DNA of 51,855 bases from sequence record NZ_AP026977.1; one strand, written 5' to 3'. Each line of letters begins with the position of its first letter. Position 1 is the first letter of the stretch. The stretch comes from a plasmid. The notes under the pieces are model-generated. The model was not told the origin of the DNA, did no database searches, and saw only the letters and a list, made by a program, of their open reading frames with translations. Below are positions 17,002-26,700 of this stretch, in pieces. A program made the position numbers and the translations under genes.

Positions 17002-17676
17002 TCAGGGGCGTTCGATGAGGATGGCGCTGGCGTCTTCCATCGCGAGGACCCAATCGATGGTGGGGGTCGATCGCAGTTCGATGAGCTCAAGGATCCGCAT
17101 GAGGTCGTCGTTGAGGTTCCGAGCGAAGATGGGCTCGTGGTGAGCGATGCGGTTACGTAGCTTGCGGATCACTTCAAGGTCGGTATAGATCCGGCTGCGG
17201 AGTTGCCGGGGCGTTAGGCCTAAAGCGTTGGGAAACAAGGTCAGGATGTGGGGATCCCATACGCGCACATCGTGACGTGCTGTGAACATGCTCTGCCAGA
17301 ACGCGAACTTGAGTTCCGCGACGACCTTGCCGGTCGTCCGGTGCTGGCTGCGTACGGCGAGCAGGTCTCGTTTCGGGTTGTACGTGGGCGCTGCCGGGGA
17401 TGGCAGGCTTTGCGCGAACGTGGTGTTCCACGGCCACTGCGGGCCGTAGATGGCGGTGAGGGCCTCCGACGCCGCGTTGCGGGTCGCGACCTCGGCGAAG
17501 TGAGACGGCAGCATGAACGCTGCGGCTATGCGAGCGTTCCACCCATAGAGAGCCATGGCCTTCGCCTTGTCGCCCCCAACAGCAGTGATGTACGTCCGTG
17601 AGCGTGGCTCACTCAGCACGTCGCAAATCGCTGCCTCATCGGTTGGCTTGGCGCTCGGCACGCTCAGAAAGTACAC
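17002..17676 (-). CDS. Abi_2 family (AbiD/AbiF-like, HEPN) abortive-infection protein
   Basis: Characteristic LEVIRKLRNRIAHHEPIF (Rx4H HEPN motif). Lower-GC patch. Confidence 0.65.
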   Translation of the reverse strand: MYFLSVPSAKPTDEAAICDVLSEPRSRTYITAVGGDKAKAMALYGWNARIAAAFMLPSHFAEVATRNAASEALTAIYGPQWPWNTTFAQSLPSPAAPTYNPKRDLLAVRSQHRTTGKVVAELKFAFWQSMFTARHDVRVWDPHILTLFPNALGLTPRQLRSRIYTDLEVIRKLRNRIAHHEPIFARNLNDDLMRILELIELRSTPTIDWVLAMEDASAILIERP

Positions 17677-18657
17677 TCGATCTCACGAGTCGTGGGACTT
17701 GCGGGCTTCGGCCTCCCCCCGCGGACAAAAGAACATCAGAGAGGGGCCCCGCCTGAGCGGGGTCCCTCTCGCTTTGTCTGCCACATTGCGGCCCCCGCGA
17801 TCCGCCTACTTCGGATCCTGGCCGACAAGGGCGCCAGTGACGACATCCACGCGACGGCCGAGACACCTGGAGCCGGATTCCGCGAGCCGCTGGCTAAGCC
17901 GCTCCCAGGGGGCGTTGAGCAGTTTCGGGTCAGTTTGGAACGGTTTCAGTTCCAGGCAGGGCCGCGTCGGCGTCGTTTCGCAATTTGTCGGTAACCCGAC
18001 GAGATTTCGTCGGCGATCGCACCTAAAATTCATCTCGATCGGTCGGCAGTAGTCAGGGCAACTTGATTCGGCCGGTCGTCCTCTCTTCGGCGGCCCCGCA
18101 ACGGGATCCGTCCGGAGTGGTTCGCCGGCGAGTGAGGCAGCTGGGATCTCTCCGAGTAGTTCGGGGTGGTCGCGGCCGTCGCGCCCGCGGCGGGCAACAC
18201 CGAGCAAGGAGAGGAGGGCGTGCGTGCAACCCACTGCGCCCGAAACGAATACCCCGTCCAGACCGCGCTGGAGACATCTCCAGCGTCTGCTCGACTCACT
18301 CACCTGGGTTCGAGCAGCGGCAAACGCCTACTGGCTGCTGAAGCACGGTGCGCAAAACGCAACCGCCGACTCAGCGATCAGAGCGACTGCTGAGTCGGCG
18401 GTCCATGCGCTGGCGATCCTGCTCGGCCTAGGAAACTGAGGGATCACCTAGCTGCTCGAGGCGCCCGGGCTCTTCGGAGTTCCGGGCACTTCGCGCGGGC
18501 GTTGTCCTTGCGCGGAGCAAGAACTTACGTGCCGAATTGTACCTACTGTTTGCCATATGGCACATGCGGTGGCCTGGGAAAACTCAACGACCAGGGCAAC
18601 TCTAGGCCAACCAGTGGGCAACCGTTTGCCAGATGGTCGGAGAGCCGTACGGACGTC

Positions 18658-18834
18658 CTTACGCCTCGGGGACGGGCACCAACGAGTCGGCGCGAACACT
18701 GAACGGGTACCGGCCGGGGCTGTCCTCGAGCACGGATTCCACGAGCGCGTAGCCCTCCTCGTCGAGTTCCAGGACCTCGAACACGGAGACCCCGTTCGCG
18801 ACCAAGAGCACCCTGTCACCGACCTGAACCATGA
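18658..18834 (-). CDS. possible small protein (58 aa) not in the ORF track
   Basis: MVQVGDRVLLVANGVSVFEVLELDEEGYALVESVLEDSPGRYPFSVRADSLVPVPEA read from the - strand. Confidence 0.25.
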
Positions 18835-18871
18835 CCGCGAGCCTATCGCGCCAGACCGACCAGTACGTGAC

Positions 18872-19165
18872 ATGATCGAAAATGTGTTCGAACCTCCGCG
18901 CTTGGTCTACCGTCTCAGTGACGGGCGGGTCGTCGAACCTGGCCGTCTGTACCGGCTGCGCAACGGCCGATGGGCCGAGCCGTGGCCCGCGGCCTGCCCG
19001 TGCTGTGGGCAGCGGTTCGGCCCGAGACGGATGCTCGTCGGGTCACTGGCCTGCTTGCAGGCCGGCGGCCTCCACCGCCTCCACTGGTGCGTCCGGTGTG
19101 GTCACGTCGTCTACACCCCGCCGGTCGCCCCGGACTGCGAGCACCCGACGACACGCTCAACGTGA
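18872..19165 (+). CDS. possible small zinc-ribbon protein
   Basis: CPCCGQRF...CVRCGH, high GC3. Part of a longer annotated ORF whose upstream part looks non-coding. Confidence 0.3.
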   Translation: MIENVFEPPRLVYRLSDGRVVEPGRLYRLRNGRWAEPWPAACPCCGQRFGPRRMLVGSLACLQAGGLHRLHWCVRCGHVVYTPPVAPDCEHPTTRST

Positions 19166-19171
19166 TCCCGG

Positions 19172-19375
19172 TCAGCTGGCGAGATCCAGCAGGTAGCCGG
19201 GCGGGTCCTCGTCTTCGGCGGCACCGCAGTAGCACGTCTGGGTGCAGTCGGTGCACGTCGAGCAGCCCAGGCACCACGCCGACAGGTGATGGCCGCACTC
19301 GGCGTTCCATTCCTCGTCGAGGGTGACCGGGTGCGGGATGAGGGGACCGCCCTGATCGTATGAGCGAAACTGCAT
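19172..19375 (-). CDS. possible small Cys-rich protein
   Basis: MQFRSYDQGGPLIPHPVTLDEEWNAECGHHLSAWCLGCSTCTDCTQTCYCG. Confidence 0.25.
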   Translation of the reverse strand: MQFRSYDQGGPLIPHPVTLDEEWNAECGHHLSAWCLGCSTCTDCTQTCYCGAAEDEDPPGYLLDLAS

Positions 19376-19544
19376 AACTCGAATGGTCACCCCGGGCACC
19401 GACACGAACTCCGATCACCTGTCACCTGGATCCGTCACTGCCTTGGCTCTGTGAGCTGGCTGTGGGCCAGGCAGGGCCACAGCGGGGAGGCATCATCGAT
19501 CAACTCCCAGGTCTCCCTCGACCGACCCTCGGGATGATGACTTC

Positions 19545-20159
19545 GTGACCATTAACCCGAAGCTCTCACCGTCCCTTCCGTTTTCGCCCACCGGCCTGCA
19601 AGCGCTGCGCGATATCGCGACATCCAGGGCAGGGATCACCATCGTCTGCGGCTTCCCCGCTGCGGGCAAGACCACCGCCACCCAGCTGCTGGCGGAACTG
19701 CTGAATCCCGTGGTGCTGGACAAGGACACCTTCGCGCCACGGCTCGAGGAATCGGTCATGTCGGAGCTCAACGGCAACCCGCACGACCGCGACAGCGACC
19801 TCTACCGCCGCGTCGTGGCCCCACATCTGTACGCCGCGCTGGTGCAGCAAGCGGTCACGATCGCGAAGCGCTGTCCGGTCGTGGTGGACGCCCCGTTCCT
19901 GGGCTACGTCGAGACCGCCGCCCAGCGTGGCCTGCCGCTGTCGGACTACATCCGCACGATCACCCAGGCATACGACGCGGAGATTCGCACCGTGTGGGTC
20001 GACACCGACACGGTGCGAATCCGCGACCGGATGCTGCGACGCGGCGCCGAACGCGACCTGCCCAAGCTGTCGGACTGGAACACCTACCGCACCACAGTGC
20101 TCGACTCAGGCCTGGCCCGAACTGGGCCGAGCGTCGTCGACCACGTCGTCACCAACTGA
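19545..20159 (+). CDS. P-loop NTPase, AAA_33/zeta-toxin-like predicted kinase
   Basis: Walker A CGFPAAGKTTA. Later DKDTF and VVVDAPF, as in AAA_33 kinases. GTG start. Confidence 0.6.
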   Translation: MTINPKLSPSLPFSPTGLQALRDIATSRAGITIVCGFPAAGKTTATQLLAELLNPVVLDKDTFAPRLEESVMSELNGNPHDRDSDLYRRVVAPHLYAALVQQAVTIAKRCPVVVDAPFLGYVETAAQRGLPLSDYIRTITQAYDAEIRTVWVDTDTVRIRDRMLRRGAERDLPKLSDWNTYRTTVLDSGLARTGPSVVDHVVTN

Positions 20160-20303
20160 ACTACCACGCCTGAGAGTGCGGCCCGTGGGAGTACGGCGGT
20201 CCGGCTGTTTCGGACACCAGTGTCGGTGCGTCCAGGCACCATGAACCTCGGTGCACCGGAATCCGGTGCACGACAGGGGAACTGGTACAGGGAGGGTCTT
20301 GTC

Positions 20304-21224
20304 ATGGCCGACCGCACCGTGCATCGCCGCGCCTACGAGCTGTGGACCGACGAACGCAACATCGAACTGGTCGAGCTGCTGCGTACCGGGATGCCGGTCG
20401 AGCAGATCGCCGAACGCGCCGGCCGCAGCGTCTCCGCGATCCGGGGACAGTGCCGCAAGCTCCTTCCACCGCACTACCGCATCAGCGACACCACCGCGGT
20501 GCTCACGCTGCGCACGCTGCTGTCGACACCGGATTTCGATTGGCGGGAGTCACTACGCGAGCGGCACCGCCGCGCTCGCAGCGTCTACTGGGACTCCGAA
20601 ATGACCACCCAGTTGCGCCAGGCCTGGACCGACGCACGGCCGCTGCCGGAGATCTGCGAGGAATTCGAAGCCTCCGAGATCGAGGTAGCCCGGCAGCTGA
20701 TGCGCCTGGATCTGGCCGAGAACATGCGAGAGGTCGCCGACCACCTCGGCTGCGACCCGGCCGGGACACTGGCCGGGCGGCTGCGCGTGGCCGCTGACCG
20801 TACCTCCGCCGCGGTGTGGGTCCTGATCATCGACGGCCCCGCCACAGGGTCACGCACCCGTTTCGGCGACGCGGGCCCGGCGCTACGGCACGTGTCGGTC
20901 CACGTCGACTACGACACCGCCGACCTGACATTGGCTGATGTCATGTTCGATCACCTCACCCAAGGCGGGAGCGTCGACGACGTCACCGCCACGATCGCCG
21001 AACGCACGGTGGGCGACCTGAATATCGGCTCCGACACCCACCTCACCGGTCCCGACGCCCTACCGATCTCCCTCGCACCCACCAGCGACCACCAGGCACC
21101 AGACAACGAACCGGTGCCCATCATCGCCGCGGCGACACCGGTCAACCTCGACGACGACTCCAGCGCCGCCACGACCACCGACTCGGCCCCGGCTCGGTGG
21201 TCGTGGCGGCGCTGGCGCAAGTAG
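20304..21224 (+). CDS. hypothetical protein with two sigma-70 region-4-like HTH repeats (start at internal Met with RBS GGGAGGG)
   Basis: NIELVELLRTGMPVEQIAERAGRSVSAIRGQCRKL and MTTQLRQAWTDARPLPEICEEFEASEIEVARQLMRL. Confidence 0.5.
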   Translation: MADRTVHRRAYELWTDERNIELVELLRTGMPVEQIAERAGRSVSAIRGQCRKLLPPHYRISDTTAVLTLRTLLSTPDFDWRESLRERHRRARSVYWDSEMTTQLRQAWTDARPLPEICEEFEASEIEVARQLMRLDLAENMREVADHLGCDPAGTLAGRLRVAADRTSAAVWVLIIDGPATGSRTRFGDAGPALRHVSVHVDYDTADLTLADVMFDHLTQGGSVDDVTATIAERTVGDLNIGSDTHLTGPDALPISLAPTSDHQAPDNEPVPIIAAATPVNLDDDSSAATTTDSAPARWSWRRWRK

Positions 21225-21298
21225 CCCTCGCGGCAGCCGCTACCGGGTGACGCGATGATCCGAAGTGCGGTCCGACACTTGAGGCCCGCACATACGGT

Positions 21299-22036
21299 GT
21301 GCCTATGGAGGACGAAACACACGCAGAGCGCTTGAAACGCGTGTACCGGCAAATCGAGGAGCAGGAGAAAAGAGAGAGGGCTGCATGGCACCCAGCCGAA
21401 TCACTGGAGCGGACAGCATGGAACGTGCTCGGCTGTTGGCAGATGCTGGTATCGGAGGTGAACTTCATCTACTTCGATTCAGCAGGCCCTACCGGAGACC
21501 CACTGGACAGGGTGGAGCTGCCAGTAAAAATCCGGAATGCTGCTCAGATCCAAGGTATTCGCTGGCCACATGACGACTGGTCAGCGGCTGCCGGCCAGAC
21601 CAAGAACGTGCGGCACAAGCTCGCGCATCTGCTCTACATCGACTCCATCTCAGGCACCGATCCTGATCGCACAATGACCATCGTTCGAATGGGGGAGCCT
21701 GGAGAGGCCCCCCGCACCCCCGAGGGACACCCACGCGGGTTGAGCTGGCGCCACGTACCGGATCCGGTCACAGAACCTGATGGCGTTACGTGGTCGCAAA
21801 TGCGGTGGCATCTCGACACAATCACAGAGGCCGAACTATCGAGCGCCCTCGAGGCCATGCGATGGATGCGCGACTGCTGTCGAGTCATGCACCGCTTGGG
21901 ATCAATCGCGAAAGAGATACAGCCTCGGCGAGCGCTTCGGCTACCCGCCCACGAGCAAGATGAGCTGCCCTGGTGGTTTCCCGACTGGGGTGACCCCGCC
22001 ACCACTCGGCTCACATGGGGCAACGTGTTCCGGTAG
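21299..22036 (+). CDS. hypothetical protein in a low-GC patch, possible HEPN-like (Rx4H) protein
   Basis: GQTKNVRHKLAHLLY contains R-x4-H. GC clearly lower than flanks. Confidence 0.45.
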   Translation: MPMEDETHAERLKRVYRQIEEQEKRERAAWHPAESLERTAWNVLGCWQMLVSEVNFIYFDSAGPTGDPLDRVELPVKIRNAAQIQGIRWPHDDWSAAAGQTKNVRHKLAHLLYIDSISGTDPDRTMTIVRMGEPGEAPRTPEGHPRGLSWRHVPDPVTEPDGVTWSQMRWHLDTITEAELSSALEAMRWMRDCCRVMHRLGSIAKEIQPRRALRLPAHEQDELPWWFPDWGDPATTRLTWGNVFR

Positions 22037-22233
22037 ACCGCAACCTCGGACGCGCGCAGCGCGTCGTCCACGCCCGCACCCATGCGCCCGAGTCCGCTCC
22101 TCGCCTGCCGCGAACAGGGCTGCCGCGCCTCCCTCAGCGGGAGCCTTGCCTCCGGGTAGTCGGGCTGGGGCGCGTCCCGCACCTCGGCTCTCGGATTCGG
22201 GTCGAAAACCGGAATCCTGCGAGGCCACAGCAA

Positions 22234-22292
22234 CATGATCAGGCCGGGCCGAAGATGACCACGACCGGCGGCACCAGTCACAACCATCGCAC
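22234..22292. repeat. direct repeat copy 1 (~55 bp, ~85% identical to 22991-23043); degenerate copy of the 3' end of the 22979-23209 gene
   Basis: GATCAGGCC..CCGAAGAT(G/C)ACCAC..GGCGGCACCAG(T/C)CACAACCA(T/C)CGCA. Confidence 0.45.
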
Positions 22293-22542
22293 ACCCACCC
22301 GTTCATACCCCCCTATCGTATTCGTTGGCACACCCTTTGCACCATGCGTTTCTGCGCAAACCGGCTCGATCCCGGCCCCAAACCGGGGCTTCCATCCCCA
22401 TCCGGGGCGGAGGACGGAAGCGTCCAGGGGACGGGGTGGAAGGGAGGTGGAAGCCCGGTCCGGGAGTCTGGAAGGTGACTGGAAGTCGACCGGGGTCGGG
22501 AGCTTCCACCCGGAATCCTGCGGTAGCGCGAACTGATCTTGA

Positions 22543-22944
22543 ATGCTGCCGCGTGCGGTGGGCCGCTGGGATACTTCCAGGATGGGGTATGAGGCTGTCC
22601 GGGGGACCGGCCGCAGGGGACGCAAGCTGGGCGGGCACACGGTGCGCGGGTACGGGCGTTTTACAGACCGGCCCGTACCCCGCCCGCGGCGGCAGTCCAT
22701 CTATTTTCACGGCCACCGCAGTGGGTCTGCCGATCCGATCCTGATGGTCGGCGCGCTGGTCCTCGGTGGTGTGGTCTTCCTGTTGGTCGTGCTGGCCGCT
22801 ACCCACGCCCACGCTCCCCGCCGCCCGAACGACGTCACGCCGGGGCAACCCACGCCTACCGCGCCCGCGGTTGAGCCACAACCGCTCCGACCGACAGTGG
22901 CCCCGCCGCAGTCGTGCTACCCGTTCCAGCCGTCCTGCCCCTGA
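22543..22944 (+). CDS. membrane protein: TM helix, Pro-rich tail, C-terminal CYPFQPSC motif (start uncertain)
   Basis: ILMVGALVLGGVVFLLVVLAA then PRRPNDVTPGQPTPTAPAVEPQPLRPTVAPPQSCYPFQPSCP. Architecture parallels 12784-13911. Confidence 0.4.
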   Translation: MLPRAVGRWDTSRMGYEAVRGTGRRGRKLGGHTVRGYGRFTDRPVPRPRRQSIYFHGHRSGSADPILMVGALVLGGVVFLLVVLAATHAHAPRRPNDVTPGQPTPTAPAVEPQPLRPTVAPPQSCYPFQPSCP

Positions 22945-22978
22945 CCGCGGGCAGCAGCCGGTCGATCACCGAGTTCGG

Positions 22979-23209
22979 CTATGAGAACAGCACGATCAGG
23001 CCGAAGATCACCACCGCGGGCGGCACCAGCCACAACCACCGCATATCCAGCGGGCGCGCCAGCTCCATCACGCCCGCCCGCTCCAGCTCGACCAGGCGCT
23101 GCACCGCGCGCAGCTCCGCAGGCGTGATCGGCTGCCGGTACGGGCAATACGAGACGTAGTGCCACCCGACCAGGCATCGCGAGCAGGTGTACCGGTACGG
23201 GTACTGGGT
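22979..23209 (-). CDS. small zinc-finger protein with C-terminal TM helix (77 aa)
   Basis: MTQYPYRYTCSRCLVGWHYVSYCPYRQ...MRWLWLVPPAVVIFGLIVLFS. Confidence 0.4.
   Translation of the reverse strand, partial: TQYPYRYTCSRCLVGWHYVSYCPYRQPITPAELRAVQRLVELERAGVMELARPLDMRWLWLVPPAVVIFGLIVLFS
22991..23043. repeat. direct repeat copy 2 (inside the 3' end of the 22979-23209 gene)
   Basis: See 22234-22292. Confidence 0.45.
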
Positions 23210-23319
23210 CATCGCCGCGCCTCCCCTGTGCCACCGCGCGGGCCCGGCCTCCGGTGGCGGGCACCGTCTCGGTGTGGTGAGCGTAGCGGCTCTCCCCGAC
23301 CCGAATCGGCGAGTCGGTC

Positions 23320-23511
23320 TCAGGCCGCGAGGTCGAACAGCGTCAGCGCTTGCTCTTGCCGCGCGGCCGCGTCGAGCAGCTCGGCGCGCTCGCGCACCGC
23401 GCACGTCGGCCCGATTCCCTGTGCGACCGAGTGCTGCGACAGCAGCCAGCCGCCGCAGCGGCGGCAGTGCGCGACGAGTCGCAGCGTGGGCTGAGCGTCG
23501 GTGTCGGCCAT
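23320..23511 (-). CDS. small zinc-ribbon protein (63 aa)
   Basis: MADTDAQPTLRLVAHCRRCGGWLLSQHSVAQGIGPTCAVRERAELL... Confidence 0.35.
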   Translation of the reverse strand: MADTDAQPTLRLVAHCRRCGGWLLSQHSVAQGIGPTCAVRERAELLDAAARQEQALTLFDLAA

Positions 23512-23574
23512 GTCTTTCCCCTCCGGCCGCGAGTGGCAAGTACGGCCGCAGCCTGACACGAGGCACCGACACGT

Positions 23575-23760
23575 GCTCGCCCGAACTCCGCAACCACTCC
23601 CGCAATCTAACTCCGAACTCCGCAACCTACATCCGAACAGAACACCCATCGCTCATCCCCCAATCCCAGGTCACAGCCACGTCTCAACCACCCCTTACAC
23701 CTCTTGCACTGAGGTAACGAACAGATAACGAACAATGGTGTGGGCGTACCGTAGATAACG
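23575..23760. promoter_or_regulatory. repeat-rich region upstream of the relaxase: oriT candidate
   Basis: Direct repeats CCGAACTCCGCAACC at 23581 and 23613. AACGAACAGATAACGAACAA, with the GATAACG motif x3. Confidence 0.4.
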
Positions 23761-23762
23761 TG

Positions 23763-26700
23763 ATGTCACTGGCGAAAATCGCGAGTGGCGATGGATACGA
23801 GTATTACCTGCGCAATATCGCCACCCATGATGCCGATGAGCGCGGCCCGCAAGCGCTTTCGGACTACTACAGCGAGCGTGGGGAATCGCCTGGCCGCTGG
23901 TGGGGTTCGGGCCTGGCCGCGGTGGATATCGCGGTCGGAGACGAGGTCACCGAGTCGCAGATGTGGGCGCTGTTCGGGCGCGGGTGGCACCCGAACGCGG
24001 AGGCGATGATCGTCGAGCGGGTCGCCGAACTACGCGCTGAGGGTGTTTCGGCGCGCACGGCGAAGGCTTCCGCGCTGCGGGAGGTCGCCCGGATCGGGAC
24101 GCCGTTCGCGAAGATCACCGTCGACGAGCTGTCCTACCGCGCCGAATGCCGCCGCGCCTACGAGGGCTGGAACCTCGAACACGGCCGCGATCGGACGGCG
24201 CCGGTGCCCGATGAGGTGCGTGAGATCCTCTCGACCGAGGTCGCCGAGGCGATGTTCGCCGCCGAGTACGGGCGCGACCCGCTGACCGAGGCGGAGTTGT
24301 CGGCGTGGGTGGCCAAGGCCGCCCGGCCGGCGTCGAAAGCTGTTGCCGGGTTCGACCTCACCTTCTCCCCGGTGAAGTCGGTGTCGATGCTGTGGGCGCT
24401 GGCATCGCCCGAGGTCGCCGCGAAGATCGAGGCCGCGCACCAGGCCGCCATCGTCGACGCCTTGGAATTCCTCGAGGCGCACGCCACCTACACCCGGATC
24501 GGGCGCGGCGGTGTCGCCCAGGTCGAGGTGGACGGCCTGCTGGCGACCAGGTTCGACCACCGCGACTCCCGCGCAGGGGATCCCGACCTGCACGCCCACG
24601 TCGTGGTCTCCAACAAGGTCCGCCGCCGCGACGGAGGATGGGGCGCGCTGGACGGGAAGATGTTCTACCGGCACGCCGTGACCGCCAGCGAGATCTACAA
24701 CACCCGCCTCGAACACCACCTCGAAACCGCCCTCGGTGCTGTCGAATTCGTCGAGCGCGACCAGCTCGACGCCTACAAGCGCCCGGTGCGGGAGCTGGCC
24801 GGTGCGTCCCCGGAGCTGGCTGCGGTGTGGTCCTCGCGGGCGGAGGCGATCACGACGAAGCTCGCCGACCTGTCGCGGAAGTTCCAACAGCGTCACGGCC
24901 GGGAGCCGGGCCCGAAGGAGTTGTGGCGCCTATCCGAGGAGGCGACGCTGTCCACGCGTGGCGGCAAGCACCACGCCCGCTCCCGGGCCGAGCAGCGCGC
25001 CGACTGGCGCGCTGAGGCGGTGCGGGTCCTCGGGAGCGAGGACGCGGTGGACGCCATGGTGGCGGGGATGTTGTCGCGGACTGTCCCGCAGCGGGACACT
25101 GCGGCCACGCTGGAGGTGGGTGAGCTGGCAGTCGAGATCGTCGACACCGTCGCCGAGCAGCGCGCGACCTGGCAGGCCCACCACATCCGCGCCGAAGCCG
25201 CCCGCCGCCTGCGCGGCCGCATCACCCCGCACGACTTCGCTCAGGCCTTCACCGAGGTGGTGGCCGCGGCGCTGAGCGATCCGCAGTCCATCCCCCGCCA
25301 CGTCGTCGATCCGACCCCGATCGCCCTGGGGCTCACCCGATCCGACGGCACCAGCGTCTACACCACCGCCGAATCCACCCAATACACATCCCCGGCCATC
25401 CTCGCCGCCGAACAGCGACTACTCGCCGCCGCGCACCTGCCCGGCGGCCACACCCTCCCGGCCGCCGCCGTGGACGTGGCCATGGTCGAGTTCGCCGCCA
25501 ACGGCCACGAACTCAACCCCGGACAGCAAGCCCTGGTGCAGGCTTTCGCGACCTCCGGGCAGCGGTTCCAGGTCGCCGTCGCCCCGGCCGGGACCGGCAA
25601 GACGACCGCCATGCGCGTGCTCACCAACGCCTGGACCAGCGAGGGCGGGACCGTGGTCGGGTTCGCGCCCACCGCGGCGGCGGCCGCGCAACTGGCCGAG
25701 GACTCCGGCGCACCCGCGCACACCGTGGACCTGCTGACCACCCTCGCCGAGCACCTCGACACCGGTGCACTCGATCCGGATCAGGCACCGCAGTGGCTGC
25801 ACGCTATCGACGAGAACACGCTGGTGCTCCTCGACGAGGTCGCGAAAACCCCCACCCTGAAACTCGACGCCGCGGTGCGGTTCCTGATCGGGCGGGGTGC
25901 GACGATCCGCGCGATCGGCGACGACCGCCAGCTCGCCTCCGTCACCGCCGGCGGAATCATCCGCGACATCGTCGAAACCACCGCCCCGATCACCCTGACC
26001 AGGGTGGTGCGCTTCGCCGACCACGGAGAAGCCGCCGCGAGTCTGGCCCTGCGCGACGGTGACCCGGCCGCAGTCGCCTACTACGCCGACCACAACCGCC
26101 TCCACACCGGCACCCTCACCGAAGCCGTCCACAATGCGTTCCGAGCATGGCGAGCCGACCATACTCAAGGCTTCGACGTCGCGCTGCTCGCCCCGACCCG
26201 CGCCCTGGTCACCGAACTCAACGCCCTCGCGCGCGCCGAACGCCTCACCCGCGACGAACATCTCGGCATCCCAACCGGAGCAGAGGTCCCGCTCGGCGAC
26301 GGGCTGAGGGCCTCGGCCGGGGACATCATCACCACCCGCCGCAACTCCCGACGCCTACGGATCTCGGCGACCGACTACGTCCGCAACGGCTACCGCTGGG
26401 AAGTCACCGGCGTGCTCGACGACGGCCGCATCGCCGCAACCCACCTCCGCTCCGGCCGCGCCATCCTGCTGCCCGCGGACTACGTGCGCGAACACGTCAC
26501 CCTCGGCTACGCCACCACCATCGACTCCGCCCAAGGGCTGACCGTGGACCGCTGCCACGGTGTGGTCACCGGTAGCGAGTCCCGCGCCCAGCTGTATGTG
26601 ATGGCCACCCGAGGACGCACCGCCAACCACCTCTACGTCAACACCGCCACCGCGGTAGACGAGCACGCCGCCCACACCTACAGCGCCGTGCACCCGCCGA

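Noticed and set aside
18448-18873. 141-aa - strand ORF (Arg/Ser-rich)
   Set aside because: Composition looks non-coding. A shorter 58-aa frame on the same strand and a + strand zinc-ribbon ORF are more plausible but remain low-confidence.
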